Below, one piece after another: positions 45,758 through 64,000 of a stretch of DNA of 64,000 nucleotides. Every line of letters begins with the position of its first letter. Position 1 is the first letter of the stretch. The DNA lies in assembly GCF_009914755.1 (NCBI RefSeq), contig NC_060946.1; one strand, given 5' to 3'. This DNA is from the human T2T-CHM13v2.0 reference genome, Homo sapiens. The notes below the pieces were generated by a model. The model searched no databases, was not told the DNA's origin, and saw only the letters and a list, made by a program, of their open reading frames with translations. The position numbers and the translations under genes were made by a program.

Positions 45758-47519
45758 TTTTCAGATGTGATACTGTTTTTGCACGCCTTATCTTTCCCTT
45801 CTTGCTGCTCAGTTAGGAGCAGCTTTTCTCCTCAATTTAACTGAAGTGAGCATTTGCTGGAGAAGTTGAGGGAACACGCACATTGTGCAGCCCTGTTTGT
45901 CTGAGCTGAGGCTTGTGTTTGTCCTAGGAAGGGCCATTTGGGAGCTGTTTGAGATGGCATCTCACAGCGAGCAGAGGAGGGCACAGTCAGGGTGGTGATT
46001 GGGGTGAAAACTCTGCTCATGAAGAATGATTTGGTATGTGCACAGATGATAGCTTTTCTAAATCCTATTTTGTTTTTCTGAAAAATAAGTGACAGTAACC
46101 TGAACACCTTTGAGTTTCTCCAATGCTGGCTTAGTCTGAGGCTGGGGCCTGCCTGCCATCCCTTTCCCTCTCTCACTGAGTGGCTGCTGCTTGCCCGTCT
46201 CTGACCTTTGAGAGTCTCAGGTCTGATGGTGGTGGAGATGGAGCACAGGTGACTGATTCGGGGGACTCGGAGACACACCCCTTGGAGGAGGGACAGGGAG
46301 GGTTGGAGGTAGCTGGTTTCATGTGGGCAGAACACAGGACATAGACATCCTCTGTCAACGTTGGTCTTCTCTGTAGTATTTTGTGCAGGGTCCTGGTCAG
46401 TAAATCTGGCCAAGTGAGTCATCTGAAAGCAGTCATGTGATCTGTGTTGATAAGTGGATAAAGCATTGGCTTTCATCACTCTCTGGATTTGTTAGTGAAC
46501 TTTAAAAAAGAAACCTTTCTTGTGCTTTTAAATAATGACTGTGTTTTTTAATCTTACCATTTAAATCTAGTTTTCCTGAAGATGCCTGTGTGCCTTTGGC
46601 CAACAGGATCTTTGTCCGAGGTGACAATGAAGATAGTATACCATGAGCCCATACTGCCTGCAGAGTCGTGGCTGCCAAAATTAACAGCTGTGGAATTATT
46701 TGTGACCCTGTTAAGGATAAACATATTTGTCCCTTTTCATTTTATGATCAGCAACTGCTAAAGTTCTTACTTGTAATTGCAATTTACTGCCCTCACTGTA
46801 TTGCTTAGTTTAGAGGTGGACACAGAAAGAATGGAACATTTGTTTTCTTTTGGGTCTGAGCTATGAATTTGGGCCGCATTATCATGCAGGCCTTGGCCCC
46901 TCTGTCTCTGCAAGATTGGGCTTTCCTGTTTTTGTCATTCTCAGCTTACTTCGCAGGCATGCTTTGTGTAGAGGAGAAAAATACCCTCCAAAGAACCTCC
47001 CAAGGAGGTTACCAGGTACACGGTTCAGCCAAGTGGGTGACTCAATGGGATGCATCTCTTTGTGTTTGTCAGGGCCGGGAAGGGTGTGACAGCATGTGGG
47101 GAGAGACTCAGTTCCCAGCCAAATAACTTTACCACCTGAGCTATGAGGCAGTTCCTGCACATCACCACTCCAGCAGGGTCCAGCCTTGCTGCGGCAGAAA
47201 GCGAGTGTGTGGGAAAGCAAATGGCTCCACACGACGCTTGCAGTGTTCAGAGGGATGAGTATGAATTGTGTGTATCTCAGGGACCCCTTTGACCCATGAA
47301 TACATGTATAGAGTATTCTCTATTATGTGGGTGAAGTGTATCTACTTACATACTTAAGTATTTGTGAGTAAAACGAGAAAAAAAAAAGATGTGAAGGATG
47401 GATAGAGAAAATAAAACAGCAGGAGGCTGGTAGTTCCTGAGGCTGGATGCTGGGCACATGGGCATCCATTCTACTCTTCTCTCTATACTTCTGTGTATAT
47501 TTGAACATTTTCAAAATAA

Positions 47520-48159
<640 letters not shown>

Positions 48160-48176
48160 TAAGTATGTACAGTATT

Positions 48177-48543
48177 TGTCTTAGTCTATTGTGCTGCTGT
48201 AACAAGATACTTGAGACAGGGTAGTTTATAAACAACAGATATTTATTTCTTACAGTTCTGGAGGCTGGGAAGTCTGAGACCAAGGCACCAGCATTCAGTG
48301 TCTGGTGAGGGCCTTCTTGCTGTGTCCCCATGGGGCAGAAGGCAGAAGGGCAGAAGGGCAGAAGGCAGAAGGGCAAAACCTGCCTCGCTGGTTCCTTCAA
48401 GCCGTTTTACAAGGTCACTGATCCTGTTTATCAGGGCTCCCCCTGCAGAACTTAATCACCTCCTAAAGGCCTTGTATCTTAATGCTGTCACATTGGCAGT
48501 TAAGTTTCAACACATGAATTTTGGGGGCATCCAGGCCATGACA
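48177..48543. mobile_element. MST/MLT1A-like MaLR solo LTR
   Basis: TGTCTTAGTC...GGAGGCTGGGAAGTCTGAGACCAAGG...TTTCAACACATGAATTTTGGGG...GACA termini. Confidence 0.85.
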
Positions 48544-48649
48544 GTTTTCAAACATTTTTCTGCATATGTAGGACCCATCAAACGCTGTACTCCTGCTCTG
48601 GTGCACACACTGAGCTGGGCATCTGGGTTCAACAATGCTTCACTTTCCT

Positions 48650-49540
48650 GGCACGCAGAGCTGAGGGGCAGGGACAGAGATGAAATCTCTGAGGCACAGT
48701 GATGGTATCATGGAAACCTTGAACTGAGGGGAGGGTCGGAGTTGGTTTCACTGAGGAATCGAGGACTGAGCTGAGAACCGAAGGATGACTGGGAACCTCC
48801 TGGGTGCTGTGGGACTGGGACTGGGGGCGAGGGAGAGGGAGTCTCAGATGGTGGGAATCCCCTGTGTAGTGGCCCTGGGGCCTGATGGTGGCCAGAGGAT
48901 GGAGCCCAGAGGGAGGGGAGGATGGTGAGGCAGGGGTGGAAGGTAAGGGGTGTTCCAGGCCCGGTTAGGGGATTGGCCTTGGTATTCGTGCCATGGACAG
49001 CCATTGAGGCGTCTAAGCAGGGAGTAGCCACAGATCAGGCTCCTGTTTTCCAGCCACCGTTTATTTGTGGCTTGGAGGATGGATGGCACAGGCAGGCACT
49101 GGCATCCAGGTGAGAGATGACAGCTCCCCAGACTGAGGCTGTTGGGGGTGTGTGGTGGCAGGAGTGGGAGCAGAGGTGTGTTTGAGAGAGATGGAGGATG
49201 TAGTGGCGGTCTAGGCATGGGTCATGGGGAGGAGGGGTGAGCATAAACGGTGATGGAGCCATTGCAGAGATAGAACGCCAGAACAGGACCTGATGTGGAA
49301 GGGAAGACCAAGCCTTGTGTCTGACTTGGGTGGATCTGGAGGGAGATTTTGCAAAGCAACTTGGTCATGTAGACTTGGGGCTCAGAGGAGGCCCCTGGGA
49401 AATGAGTCTGAGGGACTCCTCCGCATGCAGACACTACTGAGAGTGTGGAGGAGTTGCTTAGGGAGAGGTATGAGCCAAGGGACCACATGAGGTGGCTCCA
49501 GCAGACTGTTGAGCCCCAGCTCGGGTCTTTTTAAAATTAA
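48650..49540 (+). mobile_element. L2 fragments
   Basis: GGACAGCCATTGAGG...GGCATCCAGGTGAGAGATGA...GAGGATGTAGTGG. Confidence 0.6.
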
Positions 49541-49950
49541 ACAAGCCACACTTAGGTGTGCTTGTTGTAAAGATGTGAAGCCATAGCTACTATATACAGA
49601 TGCAGACACTTGCAGACACTTTTCTAGACAGCACAGCTACACGTATGTACATATGCATATATATTATTTTCCGTTTTATGTAAATGGGATCATACCATCA
49701 TCCCAGCAACTCATTTTTTTGAAGGTTTGTTTTCTGATTATAAATGTCATGCAAAGGTATAATGGGAGTCCTCTCCTAAAATCCCATTCTCCAGAGATAA
49801 CATCATTGTTAACATAGTCCTTAAACGTTTTCTTCTATACCTATATAGTATTTTATTATATGGATGAATCATTATTTATAATTATTCCTCTGTGGAAGAA
49901 CATTTAGGTGCCTGTAAGTTTTCTTCTGTTAAAATATAGCCCTACAGTGA

Positions 49951-50379
<429 letters not shown>

Positions 50380-50833
50380 TAGAGTTTTAACAGATGTTGC
50401 TCCGTGGCCTGAGAATGCCTGTTTCCCCACACTTTCTCCAGCACTAGATTTAACCTAATCTGTTGGGTGAAAAAGGTTGTCTTATTGATGCCTTAATTTA
50501 CATTCTATCCATGACTTGCAACTTTAAGCATCTTTTAAAATGTTTATTGGTTACAGGCAATCTTCATGAGAACATTGTATCCTCTGTCTGTTTTTCTTTT
50601 GGGTTTCCTTTATTTTTCCTTAATGGAGTTGAAACAGTTCTTTGCAGGATCTGGCAGTTGATTGACAGCTTCTTAATTCTAAGAATGCCCCCAACTTAAA
50701 AGCAGCCCTGGAGGGTCCCCTTCTTCCGTGTCACCCCCAGTGTCTTGTGTGAGTTGTCACCGGGCCCCACTTGTTTTCCTCTGAAGCATTCTGACAGCTC
50801 TGCTCGTGGCCCCTGCGTTTAAGAGACATGCTG

Positions 50834-51427
<594 letters not shown>

Positions 51428-52174
51428 GAGAGAGAGAGAGAAACATGCTGCTGCAGAGCACCCCTGCAGTGTTCCCGAGGTGTGAGGTGACAGAGCCCTA
51501 GTCTCTGATTCTGTGACAGCTTCAGAGGGTGACACTCTGTGTCGGGCCCAAAAGGGCTCCCCTGGGCTGTCAGTGATGAGCTTCTCTGGTCACCTTTGGG
51601 GGGTGCCGTAACCTCACCTCTGTTCAGTTTCTCAGATGGCCAGTCAGGGAAAAGAGTGGCCATCAACATATCATGAAAATGTTCTATTTGAAAATGCAGA
51701 GTACAGTTCCTGGGGACACGGGGATCTCCCAGTGCTCGGTGCTTCAAGACCCTGGGCAGTTCATATTAGACAATGTCACAGGAAGGTGTGAGTCATTCTG
51801 GGCGGTTGCTAGTGTGCCGTGCCTGTGGGCTTGGTGCTGGGGAGGCCAGGCAGGCTTGGTGGTGGGGAGGCCAGGCGTGGGAGTGATGCTCCTGACTATG
51901 CCTTCTCTCCCAGTCACTCCTTTCTGGGTTTTGTTAGGGGAGGGGGTGTCTAGGGCCCAGGCCATCACCAGAAGCTTGGCCCCCTGCTCTTGCTTCTGCC
52001 AAACACTCCACAGTTCAGCTGGAAGCGCCCTCAGGGTTGTCCAAGCTGCCTGCAGTTGGTTGTGCCTCCGACTGGCTCTGGCCCCGCCTCCCAGCCTCCG
52101 TAGCTGGTTCCTGAGCCCTACTCCTGGGGCCGCCAGCCTCTCCTACTTCCCTCCTCTCTCTCTGCTTGCTTTGC

Positions 52175-52490
52175 AGCAGCTTTACTGAGATATGATTCAC
52201 ATACCCTACAATTCACCCCTCGGAAGAAGAGTTCTTAGTAGAGTTTTCCATCATTTTTAGTCTGTTCACAGAGTTGTGTAACCATCACCATCCAGTTTAG
52301 AATATTTGCATGGCCCCAAAAGAAGCCCAGTACTCATGAATCAGTCACTCCCATTTCCCCCTCACCTACCTCCTCTCTCAGCCTCTCCCAGCCTCTCACA
52401 ACCACCAGTCTACTTTCTGTCCCTATGGATTTGCCCTTTCTGGACATTTCATGTAAGTGGAATCAGATGGTATGTGGCCACTTGTGTTTA
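52175..52490 (-). mobile_element. L1MB/ME-like 3' end
   Basis: AGCTTTACTGAGATATGATTCACATAC...GGATTTGCCCTTTCTGGACATTTCAT. Confidence 0.75.
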
Positions 52491-53246
52491 GAGTGGTGAG
52501 CAGAGCCCAGGCTGCGGCAGACATCCAGACCAAGGCGGTCTGGGCCAGGTGACAGCCTGGCTAGGGTTTGGCGAGGTCAGTTCCTCCTGCCTCCGTGGGG
52601 CCCATGAGCCGCAGTCCCCAGGGATGCATCCGGAGGGCATCAGAGGCAGGACGCCGAGCAAGCTGATACCCAAGGAGTCACAGCCACCCTGGGAGCTTAA
52701 AGGGCCGATGCAGGGATTGGGAGGCCGTGGTCTGGGTCAGTTGGGAACTGGGGGTGATCAGGGATGGCCACTCATAGAACCTCTGGATCCTGTAATCTAG
52801 AGAGACACGGAACATGAGCTCCCCTGTTGGTGTCTCTCCTGAACCCATTCCCTCAATATAGACACGCTTCTCCTTTGATGTTGTAGACAGTCTGAGATAT
52901 ATTCTACTAATTTTACCAGTTAGGCTTTCCGTGAATTGATGCCTTGTTAAAGTTCTCTAGAGGGTTTTGACATTCATTTTCATTCATTCACATCTTAGGG
53001 TGAATTATTTTAATCTAGGTACTTTCTTCCTAACAGAAGAATCAAGTTAATGAAACTGGAAGTCCCTAGTCTCCTTAGATTTCATAATTGGCCTCACAAT
53101 GTCACAAGAACCCTGATCCTGGCACTCGTCCTATCAGGTGCTGTGCAAGGGAAGCGCTGTGAGTGACAGAGCAAAGCCAGGCATCTTTCAGTCAAGGATT
53201 TTCTCTCCAGTTGTGTGCAAGATAAGAAGTGACTGACTCTGTGTAG

Positions 53247-53529
53247 CCAGGAGGCTGAGGCAGGAGGATGGCTTGAGGCCAGCGGTTTGGGACCAGCCTA
53301 GGCAACATAGTAAGACTCGGTCTCTACAAAAAATTTAAAAAATATCCGGGTGTGGTGGTGCGTGCCTGGGGTCCCAGCTGCTGGGAATGCTGAAGCAGGA
53401 GGGGATTGCTTGAGCCCAGGAGTTCGAGGCTGCAGTGAGCCATGATTGCACCACTGCACTCCAATCTGTGTGACAGATGAGACCCTGTCTCTTAAAAAAA
53501 AAAAAAAACCAAAACCAAAAACAAAAAAC
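53247..53529 (+). mobile_element. AluJ (5'-truncated)
   Basis: J-type dimer with A-rich tail. Confidence 0.88.
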
Positions 53530-55467
53530 CACCTCTCTAGATTATGTTGCTCCTCTGCTCCACACCATGCTGTGGCTTCTGTTCACAGTCAAAGGTCCCA
53601 AAGTGGCCATGGCCTGTGCTGCCTGCTGCCGCTCTCCACACCCTGGCCGCTCGGTCCCCAGGAGACCAGGCATGCTCCTGCCACAGGGCCTTTGCACTGG
53701 GTGCTCTCTGGGTCTGGAACAGGCCCCACACCCACTCACTTCCCCCAAGTCTGCTCAGATGCCACTTCCACACTTCCTAACAAAAGGAAGCTGTTGGTGA
53801 GCAGATGCTCAGTAACTTATGTGTGGCCAGAAGGAGCGAGTGGCTCCAGCCTGCGCGTGGAAAGCTGGCTCTCCTGGGTCACTGCTCTCACTGAGCCTCG
53901 GGTTTCTGCTGCCCAGAGGACTGCGTGGCTCTTTCTTGTACCTGGCAGTTCTGACACTGCTGGAATTGGGAAGAAAAGGGACCCTGAGACTAGGTCACTC
54001 CCTCCTGGGGTCTCAAGGGGCCCTGTCCCTGGGGCTGGAGGCTGAGCTTCCTCCTCCTTGTCCCCACCCTGGGGATGGCCTGTGTTCTGTCTTCCTTGTG
54101 CTCACCACTGGCGCCTGTTGGCTGAGGCAAGAGGGCCTCCAGCTGGGTTCTTCCTGTCCTCTAGTTGGTGCCTGAAGGCCCCAGTTGGGTGGGGTCTCTC
54201 TTTACCCTCTGGTCATATAGCAAACTGTGGCTGGTGTGTGGTGAGTCAGCCCTGTGTGCAGGCAGGGTCCCATTTCCCTGTGTGCAGGCCACAGTCTGTC
54301 CCAGTGCCTGCAAGGCCTCTGCCCCAGCTGGCCTGGACCCCCCTTGCCAGACTCTGCTCTTTGTGGGGCTCTGCCCACATCTACTGCCCAGTAGGACGCC
54401 CAGTCTCCACTGCTCTTTGGAGGTAAAAGAGGGCCTGGCACACTGGCACGGGGTACTTTCCCGAAGGTCAAAGATGTGTTGAGTGAACGAAGGTAGAGAG
54501 TTCATTTCTGAGACCTTTGCTGGCCTAATTCAGCTCAGTGGGGTGAAGTTATTACTGTTGAGATGCTTGCTGTTTTGATTGTCTTTAGAGAGCATTCTTA
54601 ATATTTGGATGGTTTAAAATACCAAGGAGAAAAAAGGGAGGAGAGGCTTCTTTTTTAAAAATACCAACTTCATTATGAAAACACACAAATGTACACACAA
54701 ATAGAATAATATAATGACACCCCTCCCACCACCACACGGCCTGTTTCAGTCTGTGTCCACAGCGAGGCTTCTGAAGGAAAGGCTGTGGAGGGGGTGAGCT
54801 GGTGGAGCCCATGTTCTCCCGGGCCTGGCCGGGATGTGCTTGCCGCTGTCACAGCTCCCCCATCTCCACCCGTCACATGACATCGAATGAGGCCGGCCTG
54901 GCTCTAGCCACTGCACAGGTGTCCCGTGGTCATTTCCTTCCTGTGCTGCTGAGGCACACAGTCACCCGTTTGCAAACTCTGAGGTGTTTTCCCTTTTCCC
55001 ATTTCCTGTCACTGTTTTGAAGCTGTGAGAGGAAGAGAGAGACCTCGATCTGATAACCATTCATTTACTATCAAAGTTGGGGTCACATCTTTATAAGAAC
55101 GTGTGGCTTGAGGTCATGAATAGCAGTAATGTGAGGGAAGCTAAGATTCTGGCAGGATGCAAATGATCTGGGAGTTTTCATTTTGTCGTTATGTATGGGC
55201 TGTTTTCTGCTGCATTGTTAACTATTGGAAAAGATTTTCCATGGATTATTATATGGATTATAGAGGAAAATGCAAATCTCCAACCTCTATACATTTAATC
55301 ACTTAAATGAAATGTCAAGTTTTCTTGTTAAGAATTATGGTGCTGACTGGAAGAACAACATGGCTTTAAATATGACTTATTAGTTTCTTTCCACTTCTAA
55401 AGTTCAAAATAAAACATCATAGGTGGCAAAACAAATCAAGGTAAAATACGTTTTGAAAAGTCATAAC

Positions 55468-57298
<1,831 letters not shown>

Positions 57299-57585
57299 TC
57301 ATGTGAACATGAGTTATGAGAATACTGGAATGGCATCCGGCAAAGCAGACTCAGAACAGGACTGTTCCTAGAGATAGGGAGGACTGTTTTATGCGGATAA
57401 AGTGGTCAAGTCATCAAGAAGACATTATGATCCTAAATATGTATGCACCCAATACAGAGCAAAAACTGACAGAACCAAGAGAACAAATAGACAAATGCGC
57501 AGTTATAGCTAGAGATTTCCACACTTCTCTCTCAGTAAATGACAGAACAAGGAGGCAGAAAATCAGTTTAAGAATGCAGAATACT

Positions 57586-58219
<634 letters not shown>

Positions 58220-58639
58220 CTAGCAACAAAAAAAAGGATAGGCCATGGACAAGTAGAGTTTATCCCAGTAATGCAACATCAGCTTAACATTTAAAAATCA
58301 ATATAATCCTCCATATTAACACAAAAAAAGTAGGAAAACACTATCAATAAAGAGCAGAAAACTGATGGTACAACAAGTGGATGAATCTCACAGGACTTAT
58401 GTTGAATGAAAGAAGCTGGACAAAACAGTATGCACTGTGATTCCTTTTATAGAAAACTCTAGAAAGGACAGATCTCATCTAGAATGATGGAACACAGATG
58501 GGTGGTTCCCTGGGTCCTGGTGTGACCAGGAGGAGTCATGAGGGAAGCTTCTGGAGTGATGGGATGTTCTTGGTTTTGACTGTGATGATGGTTACTTACA
58601 CAGGTATACACATTTGTCTACATGCATTGAGCTGTATAC

Positions 58640-58939
58640 TTTTATTTTTTTTTTTGAGACAGAGTCTCACTCTGTCACCCAGGATGGAGTGCAGTGGCAC
58701 GTCTTGGCTCACTGCAAGCTCCGCCTCCCGGGTTCACGCCATTCTCCTGCCTGAGGCTCCCAAATAGCTGGGACTACAGGCATGGGCCACCACACCCGGC
58801 TAATTTTGTTTTTGTATTTTTAGTAGAGACGGGGTTTCACCATGTTAGCCAGGATGGTCTCGATCTCCTGACCTCATGATCTGCCCACCTCGGCCTCCCA
58901 AAGTGCTGGGATTACAGGCGTGAGCCACCATGCCCGGCC
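58640..58939 (-). mobile_element. AluY
   Basis: TSD AGCTGTATACTT. Confidence 0.94.
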
Positions 58940-59150
58940 TAAGCTGTATACTTAAGATGTGTGCACTCTCTCGTATGCAAGCTGTACATCAATAATATTG
59001 ATTTTTAAAAATCCTTTAACTGAGGTAAAACACTGATGTACAGTGTAGTTATTCTGCATTTTCTGAAATAACCATAGTTTATATCAGAAAGAATAGGGAG
59101 CTACAGAAGATACAGAATAGTGCATATAAGTTGCTACTTTTTATTGATAA

Positions 59151-59483
<333 letters not shown>

Positions 59484-59605
59484 TAACCAGGATGGTGTTG
59501 ATCTCCTGACCTCGTGATCTGCCTGCCTCGGCCTCCCAAAGTGCTGGGATTACAGGTGTGAGCCACCGTGCCCGGCCTTGAGTATTTATTTCTAAGTGTT
59601 TGTAA

Positions 59606-60002
59606 TGAGGTAGGAGGCAGGCGAGACTCAACTCCGGACCAGATTGAGGACTGGCCAAAACTAGGAAGAAGTGCACAAAGGACCTCTCCATAAGACATGC
59701 CCACCAGTGCCATGACAGTTTACTATTGCCATAGCAACACCCAAAACTTACCACCCATTTTCTAGCTGTTTCTGAATAACCTGCCCCTTAATTAGCATGG
59801 CACTAAAAGTGGGTATAAGATATGACTGCAAAACTGCCCCTAGGCTGCGACCCTCAGCACACTGCCTATGGGGTAGCTCTGCTCTGCAGGGGCAGCCAGC
59901 CAGAGCTATAGCACTGCCTCCACCGCAAGAAAGCTGTTTTCTTCCACTACCAGCTTGCTCTTGAATTCCTTCCTGAGGAAGCCAAGAACCTGCCCTGCAT
60001 CA
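59606..60002 (+). mobile_element. ERV1-class solo LTR (LTR19-like)
   Basis: TG...CA termini (TGAGGTAGGAGG...CCTGCATCA); 4-bp TSD GTAA/GTAG; CCCACCAGTGCCATGACAGTTTAC motif. Confidence 0.8.
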
Positions 60003-60367
60003 GTAGCATTTCAAGTCCTCTCTTCTAGCTGCTCTGAAATATGCAATACATTGTTGCCAGCTACAGATACCCTACTACCCTGCTATGGAATGTTAGGGCT
60101 TATTTCTTCTACCTAACCATATGTTTGTACCCATTAGCCAACTTCTCTTTATCCTCCTCCCACCCACACATGCTTCCCAGCCTCTGGTATCTATCATTCT
60201 ATTCTCTCCCTCCATGACATCAACTTTTTAGCTCCCACATATGAGTGAGAACATATGGTAGCTGTCTTTCTGTGCTTGGCCTATTTCACTTAACGTTATG
60301 ATCATCGGTTCCATCCATGCTGCTGCAAATGACGATTTCATTCATCTTATGGCTGAATAGAATTCCA

Positions 60368-60376
60368 TTATATATA

Positions 60377-60413
<37 letters not shown>
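60368..60413. repeat. (TA)n microsatellite
   Basis: Directly visible. Confidence 0.97.
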
Positions 60414-60416
<3 letters not shown>

Positions 60417-60630
60417 ACATTTTCTTTATTTCTTCATCTGTCAGTGGACACAGTTTGATTCCATATCTTTGCTGTTGTGAATAGGAGAGTGCTACCACTG
60501 TTAAAGGATCTATTTACATACATGCTTATAAATAAATGCATCCAGGATTTTTGTAAAGATCTATCATTACTTTCACTCTTTTGTAGCTTTTGAATTTTTT
60601 CATCATGTGCATCCACTTCCTAAAAACAAA

Positions 60631-60948
60631 ATTTCTTTTTTTAACTTTTCTTTTCTTTTTCTTTTTTTTTGAGGCAGGGTCTCATTCTGTCACCCAGGCT
60701 GGATTGCAGTGGTGTGACCTGAGCTCACTGCAACACGTACCTCCTGGGCTCAAACAATCCTCCTACCTCAGCCTCCTGAGTAGCTGAGACTACACACTCA
60801 TGCCACCACACCCAGCTAATTTTTGTATTTTTTGTAGAGATGGGGTTTTGTTATGTTGCCAAGACTGCTGTCTAACTCCTGGGCACAAGCAATCTGCCTG
60901 CCTTGGCCCAAAGTGCTGGGATTACAGGCATGAGCCACCGCACCCAGT
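60631..60948 (-). mobile_element. AluJ
   Basis: Reverse dimer. Confidence 0.88.
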
Positions 60949-61034
60949 TGTGTTTTTTTGTGTTTTGTTTTTGTTTTTGTTTTTGTTTTGAGACAGAGTC
61001 TCCCTCTATTGCCCAGGCTGGAGTGCAGTGGTGC

Positions 61035-62223
<1,189 letters not shown>

Positions 62224-63423
62224 GCGCTATCATTAGCTCCCTGCAGCCACAAACTCCTGGGCTCAAGTGATCCTCCTGCCTCTGCCTCCCAAGTAGCCAG
62301 GACTAAAGGCATGTGTCACCATGCCTGGCTAATTTTTTTAAAAAGTTTTGTAGAGATAGGGTCTTGCTATGTTGCCCAGGCTGAATTAACTGGACTATTG
62401 TTCAGGAAACCAAAGTACCAGGCAGTACAATGCTAGATTTGAAGTCTATGAAAATAGTACCCTCTGAATCATTAAGGCGCATCTTCCTATGAGAGGTGGC
62501 TTGAGCCAGACCCTGGTGGCCAGGGGCAGTGTCTGTCTGGACCTTCCCACCAACAGGCTGTGCAGCCCTGGCCAGCCCCTATTGCTCCTGTACTCTTTCC
62601 TTACCTGCTAAACACACCCAAATCACAGCAGAAATCCAATTCACTTGAAGACAAGGGCTAAGCCTTTCTCATAACCAAAGGCCGTGCGCTTCCCAGAGCA
62701 AAAGTCTGTATTTGTCCCCTCATGTTCTGAGCTGCCAGGCAGTAATTCTAGCCTACAGTTACTCAGTGTGACCTAAAATAACAATTACCCAAGAAATGAA
62801 ATTCTGATAATTTCAAGTAGAATAAAATGGAACATATTTTAGTGAATGGATTGTAAGGAAAAGCCTAAAGATTTGGAACTGCCCATACGTGGCACTTTAA
62901 AAATCTTGGGCCCTTTATTTCAGGTAATCAGTTCATAGAGTAAAAACCCATGTGACTGCCAAGACTGGTTATTAGTTCAAGCCCAAGAACACATCTTCAA
63001 AGGAAGAGAATGAATTTATCCACAGTTCTGATTGTTTTTTACGTTCTAAAATCACACTTATTATTAAAATATAATTCACTTAATGGTGATGGTAATTACA
63101 TCAGCCAATTCACTTAAAATGAATGCGCAAAGATGAATGCACAAAAATGCACCATTTTTCAATGAATTGGCTGATGTACTTACCGTCACCATCAAAACGC
63201 AGGGTGTTCCCCTTTCCCCGGGAAGCTTCCTTGTGCTGCAGTCTCTGTCAAATCCCTTATTCACAGACCTGGCCAAACACTGGTCACTAGAGATTAGATT
63301 TAGCTTTCAGGGTTTCACAGAAGTGGAATCATTCACTCTATGCTGCTTCTTGTCTGGTACCTTTCGCTCAGCACAATGTTTTTCAGCTTTATCTGTGTTG
63401 TTACATGTGCCAAACCTTTATTC

Positions 63424-64000
<577 letters not shown>

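Noticed and set aside
43542-46479. 212-aa (43542-44180) and 215-aa (45832-46479) minus-strand ORFs
   Set aside because: No domain similarity I can recognise; the first runs through L2/MIR and hairpin sequence. These lengths are attainable by chance.

Overview
Primate (most likely human; AluY present) euchromatic DNA that is extremely Alu-dense. I find no credible protein-coding exon, RNA gene, CRISPR array or processed pseudogene. The ORF track is almost entirely Alu-, L1- or tandem-repeat-derived read-through, or chance ORFs in GC-rich DNA. Main architecture: (i) GC-rich unique/L2/MIR sequence at 1-3.2 kb; (ii) a fossil, near full-length ancient L1M element (5'UTR-ORF1-ORF2, about 4.8-16.35 kb) broken up by more than 20 Alus and by a TSD-bounded 2.4 kb composite insertion; (iii) more L1M/MLT/MST/L2/MIR/MER5 debris and Alus; (iv) one CpG-island-like promoter at about 41.3-42.2 kb with NRF1/ETS/YY1-like motifs and no recognisable coding exon, followed by a palindromic hairpin element (44.14-44.28 kb), a G-rich minisatellite with a 223-bp higher-order duplication (44.93-45.76 kb) and motif-rich, enhancer-like unique segments (46-55 kb); (v) two ERV1-type solo LTRs near 60-62 kb. 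I could not identify the locus or gene by eye. I found no convincing new biological system. The best leads are a probable L1 3' transduction, the promoter-proximal G4/VNTR plus hairpin, and several unusual repeat structures. Repeat subfamily names come from remembered consensus features and need RepeatMasker/Dfam confirmation. Boundaries are approximate unless a TSD is quoted.
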